The position numbers and the translations under genes were made by a program. A stretch of DNA of 64,000 nt from NCBI GenBank assembly GCA_964658305.1, contig OZ210884.1, positions 5,022,001 to 5,086,000 on the forward strand. The letters run 5' to 3'. This stretch comes from Leptogorgia sarmentosa (taxonomy: Eukaryota). Under the pieces are notes generated by a model. It searched no databases. It worked only from the letters and a program-made list of their open reading frames with translations, and had not been told where the DNA came from. This document shows, in pieces, positions 13,801 through 23,238 of this stretch. Numbering within the stretch: position 1 is the stretch's first letter; every line of letters starts with the position of its first letter.

Positions 13801-14733
13801 ATCATCCGACATAAAAACATTTGGCGTTGGGTCAGAATGACACGAATTATCGTTTTCGACGTCATTTATGTTAACGACGTTATTTATAGCTTTCGACGTT
13901 ACCGAGGATTTTGAAAGAAATATTTTTTGGAATTGCTCACTTTTTTTCACTTTATTAACCTTTGAATCGTTCTCTACTGAAAGTCTGCCGAACTCAAGGA
14001 TTAACTCAGCGTGATCGTTTTCCAATTTTTTACATTTTTCCTCCAGCTTAGATAATTTGTTTTCTAATAAAAAGCATGTTTTTTCCAAGAATGAATTTTC
14101 GCCTTTCAAAATTTCACATTCTCTCGCCTTGTCATTTATCAGCTCATCTTTTTCCAGCAGTTGCTGCCTAAGAGCTTCGTACTCTAGTTTCATGCTAGTA
14201 TCATTTTCTGTTTCATCATTACAGCCCTCAAAAACGCCTAATGTCAATCGGCTACAAATATTCTGATTTTCGACACCTTCAAGCTTTTTATAATTTTTAT
14301 TGCATTTCTGTTTGCGGTTTTTCCTGTCGATTTGCTGTTCTTTGACATAACAACCATCAAGATGGAAAGTATATGAGAATAAAGTGGCTATTTGTACATA
14401 ACCGGAATTTTGGAATAAGGCGTTTTCAGTACATTTCCAATTTGTTCCTTGGTAAAACATATCATAGTTCCCAACAGTATAGAAAATAGTTAAAGAAAAT
14501 ATTTGCGTACAACCTGTTGAGAAGCATCCCTTGTTCTGATGAGAATCGATTTGAACATATTGTAACCTCCCTTTATAAAATTGGCTGATCTGCATCTGCT
14601 TTATTTCTTGACTTATCCAAATCGGTGAAGACGAAGCACCCCAGCGATTTTTGTGCCTTGTCGTTTCAGTATGCACCAATAAACTCTTAGGCTTGGACGC
14701 TGATTCGATACGACATGGTAGGGATTCAGGCAT
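10900..14733 (-). CDS. Coiled-coil + death effector domain + 14-aa repeats + CHY/CTCHY zinc fingers + RING-H2 protein (Pirh2/RCHY1-like putative E3 ligase fusion)
   Basis: Phase-consistent exons 14733-12807, 12544-12192, 11857-11739, 11669-11549, 11414-11332, 10981-10900 (TGA). DED-like AYKLLLLTMSNML...FESIVRHDLVHLINEF with the RxDL motif; CHY CDHYKRRC...CCDKYWPCHRCH; CTCHY YHCDKCGICR...FHCDVCGICL...HKC; RING-H2 CCICLE...LPCSHKVHKEC...CPIC. Confidence 0.88.
12868..13145 (-). repeat. Coding 42-bp minisatellite, about 6.5 copies of RNSQVNVNNSEVDL
   Basis: Direct 42-bp tandem units that keep the frame inside the large exon of the DED-RING gene. Confidence 0.92.
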
Positions 14734-16815
14734 TTTGAATTAAACTGAAAATTAAGAGTTATAACGTCAAAAATACCACTAAATGTTTTAACGTTATAAC
14801 GTTATAAGATGTAATTATATAAGATATAAGATAGTGTAAAATTTTCTTACAGTGTAAACGTTTATATTACGTGTTCATGTTCAAATCACCACAAAAAGCA
14901 AATAACGGATTTCAGAAAGGTTGTAGTTTACAACATTTAGTTTAGAAATGTGAGCTATCAGAAAGTAACGTTCTTCAAAAATTCGCCGAAAGTTGAATCA
15001 TGTAGTGTTTTGGAGATGACCGATGAAGCGAATTTACGTCCCCCCCCCCCCCCCCCCCCACTGAATGTCATGCAATTTCAGAAGACGCTCTCGCCCAAGA
15101 ATATATTTTATGCATTACACACCTACCCCTTACATGTTTACGCTTGAATTTCAGTATAGAACTATGGTCGGAACTCAGAACTATGTATGAATCTTGGCTG
15201 GAGAAAGGATCTTCACTTTTGGCCAGTGGATCAACTTAAACATTGGACATGCCATTGCTTGCTATAAGCGTTCGAGTTGTTTCTAAATTCCCGAATTTGT
15301 ATACCGTATTAACTCCGAAAAACACGGAATAAAAAAGGTCTTTCTTTATCCATAAACTTTGATTTAACAAAATTATTTATAGCAAAAATTTGTTGTATGC
15401 CGAAAATCGTATAGGTTAGTGATTGATTGGCTTCCGACAAAATTGCCCAAGCTATACTTTATATTTCCTACGAATAAGCGTTGGAAATAAACGCAAAAAG
15501 GCTCTTTATCGATCTCTGGTGATCAACTTGAAACTTACCTTGGTGAAGTATAACTACATCAATGTGTTTCACGACTTTACAACAGTAGGTCGAAACGTTT
15601 TGCGTCTGCTCCTTTATAGCCGGAGCCGGTACTCTGCTGGGTATTCCCCATGCAGATTGGGGGATTCACCGACGCCGGGTTTTGTCATGGTAAACAATGT
15701 CATTATACATCTTCCGAACTGCTTTGAACTAGTCATGAGGTATAATCTTCGACAATAAAAAATTAGACTTCTTTTAAAGATTGTCTACCTACATGATTAC
15801 AGATCGGTTTTATATAACTTCACAGCAAAAATAGATATGAAATTGAAAGAGGAATTGAGCCAATGATGTAATAATAAAATGCCCGATCGGAGTGCTGACG
15901 TACGCTCTTATCTTATGCCTTTATTTTCTAAAGCGTTCATTTTCTATGCCTTCTATTTCTTTCTTTATTTTTCTATATGAAGAAATACATATGCGAAGTA
16001 CATGTGAAAATCGGATAATGGAAAAAATGAAGACGGAGTGATCGCTTTTTCGATCATTATAGCGTCAATTTGCATGAAAACAGCTGGTGGCTCTTGAAGC
16101 TATTTATAGGTTCTGCAGGGATCTTCCCTTGGGATTTTCCCTCTTACAATGATTTGAAAGATGCGGATTGCGGACAATGGATTGCGGAAAACTGAAATTG
16201 CGGATAGTAAACTGCGAATAACAATATATTGGATCTGTTTTTTGTGATATGCGGAAATGTCAGGGTCGAGGTAAGTTTTATCAGTAGGTGCGTAGTTAAA
16301 GGAGGGAGAAAAAAGTCTAAATCCGTTTAGAAGTGTTGGGGAGGGGCGGGGGTGAAGAGAGGATACGTGTATGAAGGTCCAAACTTAAAGTATAAAAATG
16401 CCATCCAGGTATGGAAATATATACATTTAATGCCGACTTCGCGTGTAAGTAATTAGCTGGGGGATTCCCAGTAACAGGTAAATGGTATTTAAAGTAAAAC
16501 ACTCGAAGATTTAGCATGGAAATGACGGATATGAAAATGATTCTAGACAGAGTTGAAAAACCAAATGACATTGATGGAAATCTTACCGTGGTTGCATGTT
16601 TCAACTCAATTCCAATTAGCGCGATGCCAGAAAATTGCACTGGAGATGGCAGCGAAAATTGCAAGTGTAAGTGAACATTCAATATTTTCATAAAGTTTTT
16701 TTAACAATAACAATAAATGGCGATATTTATGAAATCAAAAATGAGATTTGAGTATACAAACGTCCATAGTTTCATAGACATTGCCGCTCTTGTTACAAAT
16801 TTGTCAAGTAAAGCG

Positions 16816-17064
16816 CAGTGCTGTAGAACTAAATTTACCAGAAGGGGGGCCCTCTTGACAGGTGTGAAGCCATGAAGTCGTAAGCATGCCATTTAGTGAT
16901 CTTAAAGACGCCATTTTAGTCATTTTGATTCTACTTTATGAAAAAGTAGTTGGTTTTCCAATCTTAAAGCATCGATTTCCCAAAGTAGAAGGGGGGCTCA
17001 GCCCCCTCAGAGATTCAAGAAGGGGGGCTGCGCTCCCAAGTGGCCCCCCACTTCTACAGCACTG
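16816..17064. mobile_element. hAT-type MITE
   Basis: 13-bp TIR CAGTGCTGTAGAA / TTCTACAGCACTG with perfect 8-bp TSD GTAAAGCG (16808-16815, 17065-17072). Confidence 0.88.
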
Positions 17065-17777
17065 GTAAAGCGTATCTGGCCATATCACAGATGTGGCGTC
17101 CATTATTTGACCATTCTTTTATGATAACATAGATAAGAGAAAAACATAGATAGAGAAACATATTGTGTCGCGCACGTGTTTCAGTTTGTAACAACATCTG
17201 GTAGCAATATCGAAGTTGTGTGAAATCACTAGGGACTTCCCCTCAAGAGTTTAATGTTATGCATGATTGTGACTTACATCATATATTTTAGCTGGTTCAC
17301 GGTTCACGGAATGTGAATATGCCCTTTTTCAAATCATTTGCTCACCCTTGTGCAGCATAATAGTCGATGTATTTAACATTTACCTCCAAATTCAATTCAG
17401 CATGAAAACGCTCAGGGATATCACAGAGGAAACCCTGTTATATCGGGTTTCCCCCACTAGCTTAAGAAGTATATAGTGCTGACACACCATCATTCTCAGC
17501 ATGACATCCGTGTTGTCAAAAACCTGCTTACTTGCGATCTCAACGCCCACGAGTCATGGAATTTTTAAAATGTCGGCAATAAAATAAGAGTAAAATTAAA
17601 TACGAAAATTTGACAGTAATAAAAATTGCTATTGAAAACAACAAACAAGGGTTTCCCATTTATGGAAAAGAGATCAACGTTTTGCGTTGTTTCTATTTCT
17701 ACAAGATGATAGTTGATTCGGGCTTCGCCCTCATCAACTATCACCTCATAGAAATCTCGAGCTCGTAATCTAATTGT

Positions 17778-17780
<3 letters not shown>

Positions 17781-17860
<80 letters not shown>
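17781..17860. repeat. (AT)n microsatellite, about 40 units
   Basis: Pure AT dinucleotide run. Confidence 0.97.
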
Positions 17861-17863
<3 letters not shown>

Positions 17864-18822
17864 CTTCCGTATTATATTTAGTGCTTCTATTCTAACTAAA
17901 ATGAACTAAACTAACATTTTCGTGCCAACAATGTTTTACAATGTTGAATGAAACTTCAGGGAATTTTTAAATTTAAAAACTTAAGCTAACTTCTTGCAAC
18001 ATCATCCAATATCATCCATTTGAAACAAGGCCGACATGTTGCATCCGATAATGTTGGACCAACATGTTGGCTTAATTCGAACAGAACACCATAAAGCAAA
18101 TGTTGCTCGAGGTCGATCAATACTCTGGAAAATGTCAACAGACAACAAAAGTTCAACTCACAACCTAAACGGGCGATTCAAGAATATTGCACGTTTGGAG
18201 AAAATGCCCTTCGTCCCACACTAATTCCTGACGAAGGGCTTTCACTTGAAACGTTGCTTGTTTTTTGTTTTTTGTTATCTGCACTGTCCAGATATAATAT
18301 TCTCAGCTGGGTTTACAAGGTCATTGTGTGATAAACTCGATCCCAGGCTTTTTCCTCCTATCGGACTCTCGGACCAACTAAGCTGAACGGTTCTGAGATT
18401 GTGTCTACTCGACATTCACTACTCATAAATCATAACAGACATTGTTGCTACAATAATCTGGTGATGTTGAAGGTGAATAATGCGGTCATTCCGCTTTTGT
18501 CAGTTTTGATATTTTGCTATGGTAAGATTTGAGAACAATATTTTTTATCTTTCTGAGTATATTATAAAGACGAGCCAAGAACGTATTTATACAAGCCGGA
18601 AGTACGAATTTACATAATGTATAAAAACAGAACTAGTATATATACGGTGTACTTGCAAGTTTGTCGTATAACTTACACAATACAACTTTTCTGTTCAGGT
18701 TTGTGTCATGATTGTATGTACATAATACCAATATAGGATTGTCACGGCTTGCCGGTTTACCCGCGTGGGCCACCAATCATGAAGGACAGGTGCCGGAAAA
18801 CAGCAATACCATTGCCGAGAGT

Positions 18823-18946
18823 TACTTCATGTGACCCCAGATAATAATGTATCACGCGCGTTTGGGTTTGTATTAGAGCTAGGATTAGATTTAAGATTAG
18901 GGCTAGGCCATAGTGGCAAAATTTTACCGTGGGGTCACATGAAGTA
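18823..18946. mobile_element. Short TIR element with an internal degenerate TTAGG tract
   Basis: 17-bp perfect inverted repeat TACTTCATGTGACCCCA / TGGGGTCACATGAAGTA. Confidence 0.65.
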
Positions 18947-19325
18947 CATCCCCCATTGCCACGAGACTGAAATCAATAATTGCACATTCGGAAAATCTTT
19001 CATAGATTGTATAATTCAGATGACATATCAATGTTAAAATGATAAATGCATGCATATAATGCATACATCCCGATCCTTCCCGCAGGAACTTCCCATATCT
19101 CGTTTGAAACAAATTCTGATATAATCGATGCACTTTTTGATTGAACGAACAGTTATTGAATGTTATAATATGACTCCTTGCTACAAAATGGGGTTGTTCA
19201 GCCAGTTCAGGAGTATAATATAAAAAGCAGAAACAAAGCAGGGCAAGGCAAGCAGTTCAAAGCTCCTCAGTAAGAAAACTGCAATGAAGTTCGATTTAAG
19301 TCGTGTATAATTATATTCCTATATT

Positions 19326-22300
19326 TTGTTAGATATTCCAAACGTTTTATCAAAGAACTTATTCGTCAGTCACAAAGGACACGATAAAATTAGTTGTGGC
19401 AGCTGGACTTCACCATGTCGCACTGTAAGATATGCTGTTAATATATCCAGTACAAATGACGTCATATATATTGATTATGCTGCGGGGAATCCTTATCGAG
19501 AATGTAAACATTCAAAAGTAAACCAGACGATCATGCTGGATAAATCGCTGTCGTTTTTCGGCTTTAAAGGAACAGCGAAATTGTATTGCGAACAAGCATA
19601 TTCATTTTTTTGGGTAAATAGCTCTGAACATACAACCCCGAAAATTGTATTTTCCAATCTTGCATTAGTCGGATATGGAGGTTTGTTTAATGGTCTCTAC
19701 AACATTTCTTCTAAGTTTGAAGTGGAATTCAATTTCTGCGACATAAGGAGATCTTCGTATGTTGTGAAAGCCAGTTCCATATCTTGCTCAATTCAAGTGC
19801 TCAATTCCAGGATTCAAAGCGATCTGGATCCAATAACAACAAACTGTAATAATCTAACGGTTCGCCTAACTGGATCGACATTTTTCTCATGCCAAATTAA
19901 GCTATCTGCAGAAGTAGAAAGAAATAATTCAAAACTACAATCAAAAGTTTATATCTACAACTGCACTTTCATCATGAAAAAGCCATCATCTTGTAACTCG
20001 CTTGTTACAATTATTCCTGGGACTGAAATGTGTAACGTGACAATCAAATTTTCTACATTTGCGAACTTTTATGGCCTTGCTGCGCCAAAATCGTCAGCAC
20101 TTATCATATCTTCTTTAGTTCGACGAGTTGAAACCACCATAGTCTTAGATGACTTGCGCTTCGAAAATATTAATTGTAATTCTGCGGTGATATATTTGCA
20201 TTTATTGGAAAGGCCACTTGGACCAAAGATTTATAATGTGGGTATTTTCAACTCTGTGTTTTCAAACACTACTAGAGCATTCGAGTGCTATATCGACCAC
20301 TTCTCTCTTTCACCGTTATTCAAATACGTCATCTTACACAACAACACGTTCAACAACACTAATGGAATGATAAGAAGGGAGAGTCTGATATATCTTGCAA
20401 GTGGTAGCTACGTTTTTTCATCATGTCGTTTTCTTCACAATGTACCAGTCTACAGTCCTGCTTTTCCACTTATGCGTGTAGAAAGTTCTGTAGCAGTAAC
20501 GTTTGAAAATGTTTCCTACTACGCTTATTCAACTGACAAAACTTGTGGCAATAATATCCCCAACATGTATTACATTATATCATACGAGTCTCATAGAAAT
20601 TATTTCAAAGTGAAAGGTAATTTTACAGTCTCTTGTCCCCAAGGTTATCAGATGAACTACAACAAGAACTGTGCAATAGAGACTGAAAATTTGATGTTGT
20701 GTGATCTTTTTCGTGCGTCCTGTGAGCAATGTGGGCCAAATACATACTCCTTAGAAAAAGGAATTGTTTACAATAACAGTAGCAATAACATCATTTGTCA
20801 CGAATGTCCGCTGGGTGGGACATGCCTTGAAGGACAAGTAACATCCAAGAAAAATTTTTGGGGCTACAAGTCAAACGGGAAAGTACAATTTCTACAATGT
20901 CCTTCTAAATACTGTTGTGATACGAATCATTGCGAACATTACTACAGTTGCCATGGTAACAGGGTTGGTACTCTGTGTGGTAACTGTCCTAGTGGGATGT
21001 CGGAATCTCTATTCGACACAAAGTGTAAACCGAACAAAGATTGCGAAAGTGTTCTTTTTTGGCCAGGAATATCAGCTTACCTTATTCTTTATCTCTTATT
21101 CTTCTTGTACCAGGAAAATATCTTCAATTGGGTGCAGACACGTTTTATTTCAAAAGTCTTTCGCCACAGTCGAAACAACAAACCTGGCGGCTTGATAAAA
21201 ATAATATTCTACTATTATCAAGTTGTTCATTTGTTGAGGAATTCTGTTGGCTCAAACAAAAAAATTCCAATACTTTACGATATGGAAAATTTTTTATCCC
21301 GAGTATTCAACTTTCTTATCGTTGGCCTTCCTTCCTTCGATTGTCCATTTCCAGACCTTCGTCCTGTTGAGAAAGCAGTCATCACCCATTCAGTTGGATA
21401 TTGCTTGTTAGTAATGCTATGTTTATTGTATTTTTCCACATTTATATTCAAGATACTACGGAAACCGAGAACACCAGGTCAGGCCGAATACACTCAAACA
21501 ACTGAACAACAGTTTGTCGGCACAGCAAAAGGAACTTTTGTGAATCGTACTTCGAGGGCTTTTGTAAGCATTTCACTTCTTATGTACAGTTCCTCGACCA
21601 GCTTGTGTCTTTCCCTGCTTCATTGTGTACCAATTGGCAACAGTCTAGTTTTATTTCTGGATGGTAATCTAAAATGTTACAAAGCATTTCAGAACTATGT
21701 TTTTGGTTACATTCTTTCTAACATCATTCCATTCTGTCTTGTTCCTGTCCTTGGCTCGTATCTTTTGAAGTTAAACCGTATTTCTGTCGCCCAATTCTGC
21801 ATGGGTTGCATCTTTCCATTGCCATTTTGCACCTATTGGGCGTATTTGTTGACACGGTGTATGCGACATTCAATCCGTTTTGACACTAATGGAAATGGAG
21901 CAGCAATAGTGGAAGACGATGAAAGACAAGAACACACAGTTGTGGATGGTGAAATTGTTAATGAAAATTCAACCTCAGATGTTGAATGCAGTAACTCCGC
22001 CGTTCTTTGTGTTCTTTTGGGTCCGTTCAGACAACACCGGGCAACCTCTCTTTTGCCTTCTTCGCATATTCCTTGGGAAGGTTTTCTCATTTTTCGACGA
22101 TTGGCTTTGATTTCGGCTCTCACGTTTGTCCTTGATAATCGAATGAAAGCAACTCTTTCCACGATTCTTTGTGTGGTCATTTTACTAACCCATGTTTTCG
22201 TTAAGCCTTTTGAAAACACAAGAGACAACGTACTTGAAACTCTCTCGCTTGGAACATTGATAATAATCTCGTTACTTAGTTTGGTAAAAAGTTTTTATTT

Positions 22301-22562
22301 TGGTGAAGATTCGAACTCTGTTAGCATGTTGTTCATGGTGAATGTGATGGAAAATATTCTTGTCATTTTCCCAGTTATTCTTATTTTTTCTTTGGTCATT
22401 CTCAGCATCCTTTTAAAATTGATAACGTTGCTTCGTTTTGGCTTTCGCGCTTTATTCCATCGACTGAAGATTTTTAAAATTCACAGCGACAGTGACATAT
22501 GCGAAAGTGAGCCTGTATTACATCAAAACGGTGAAGAGGAAAGAACTGACGTACATGTGTAA
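19326..22562 (+). CDS. Large orphan multi-pass membrane protein: N-terminal FVSxxGxDxxxCGxxxxPC motif, beta-rich (pectin-lyase-like) ectodomain, Cys-rich stalk, about 9-10 hydrophobic segments
   Basis: Uninterrupted 1078-codon ORF with repeated CTF/STF/NTF-type beta-helix-like motifs, a Cys cluster CHECPLGGTC...CPSKYCC...CHGNRVGTLCGNC, and a C-terminal VKPF...DNVLETLSL motif. AATAAA lies near 22630. The true 5' end is uncertain (see findings). Confidence 0.85.
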   Translation: MLDIPNVLSKNLFVSHKGHDKISCGSWTSPCRTVRYAVNISSTNDVIYIDYAAGNPYRECKHSKVNQTIMLDKSLSFFGFKGTAKLYCEQAYSFFWVNSSEHTTPKIVFSNLALVGYGGLFNGLYNISSKFEVEFNFCDIRRSSYVVKASSISCSIQVLNSRIQSDLDPITTNCNNLTVRLTGSTFFSCQIKLSAEVERNNSKLQSKVYIYNCTFIMKKPSSCNSLVTIIPGTEMCNVTIKFSTFANFYGLAAPKSSALIISSLVRRVETTIVLDDLRFENINCNSAVIYLHLLERPLGPKIYNVGIFNSVFSNTTRAFECYIDHFSLSPLFKYVILHNNTFNNTNGMIRRESLIYLASGSYVFSSCRFLHNVPVYSPAFPLMRVESSVAVTFENVSYYAYSTDKTCGNNIPNMYYIISYESHRNYFKVKGNFTVSCPQGYQMNYNKNCAIETENLMLCDLFRASCEQCGPNTYSLEKGIVYNNSSNNIICHECPLGGTCLEGQVTSKKNFWGYKSNGKVQFLQCPSKYCCDTNHCEHYYSCHGNRVGTLCGNCPSGMSESLFDTKCKPNKDCESVLFWPGISAYLILYLLFFLYQENIFNWVQTRFISKVFRHSRNNKPGGLIKIIFYYYQVVHLLRNSVGSNKKIPILYDMENFLSRVFNFLIVGLPSFDCPFPDLRPVEKAVITHSVGYCLLVMLCLLYFSTFIFKILRKPRTPGQAEYTQTTEQQFVGTAKGTFVNRTSRAFVSISLLMYSSSTSLCLSLLHCVPIGNSLVLFLDGNLKCYKAFQNYVFGYILSNIIPFCLVPVLGSYLLKLNRISVAQFCMGCIFPLPFCTYWAYLLTRCMRHSIRFDTNGNGAAIVEDDERQEHTVVDGEIVNENSTSDVECSNSAVLCVLLGPFRQHRATSLLPSSHIPWEGFLIFRRLALISALTFVLDNRMKATLSTILCVVILLTHVFVKPFENTRDNVLETLSLGTLIIISLLSLVKSFYFGEDSNSVSMLFMVNVMENILVIFPVILIFSLVILSILLKLITLLRFGFRALFHRLKIFKIHSDSDICESEPVLHQNGEEERTDVHV

Positions 22563-22717
22563 TTAGTAATTGCTAGATGTATACTGCTACAGACCCACTT
22601 CAGGTTTGGAGTTGAACTACTTCATGTACAATAAAAAGTCACACATTCACTGCAAAAATCCGACCAATTATTATTATACATATATAGTGACAAATTCTCT
22701 AAAGTTAGTCCATTATA

Positions 22718-22892
22718 CTGGGGCCGGTTGTATCAAAGGCGTTTAGCTTAAACGGTGGGTAAGTCAAAAATATCAAACAAGTTTATGAACCATAATTTTT
22801 TCTGTCTAAACATAACCCTATATATGCATGGAATTACACATTTGCATCCATGCACCGTTTAAGCCAAACGCCTTTCATTTAACCGGTCCCGG
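22718..22892. mobile_element. MITE related to the 10633-10773 family
   Basis: CTGGGGCCGGTTG...AAAGGCGTTTAGCTTAAACGGTG has an inverted copy CACCGTTTAAGCCAAACGCCTTT...AACCGGTCCC. Confidence 0.6.
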
Positions 22893-23238
22893 TTTTTAAG
22901 CCCTAAAGCTTATGAAAATTAGGTATGGTGACAACTACTGCATGATTTTAACCATTTATAATTTTAGTGTATTTAAATAACGAGTTAGGATTTCATTTAG
23001 TGGCTCCTTTGGACATCACTATTGACGCTAGTCACCGTTTCCGAAAAATTCTAGGAGACGTCTTTTTCACGGCGTAATTGTTTACAATCCACATATAAAT
23101 ATGTATCTTTTCAATAAAATATGAGCAACGTAGCAATAATACGCGGCAAAAAATATGAAATAATTTATCAACTTCCCAACAACATTATATTTTCAACACG
23201 TCAGAAATGAATATTTTAACTGTGGTAGCTACCTGTCC

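Noticed and set aside
20917..22228. Overlapping alternative-frame and antisense ORFs in the large membrane-protein gene
   Set aside because: They are shadow ORFs with no independent features.
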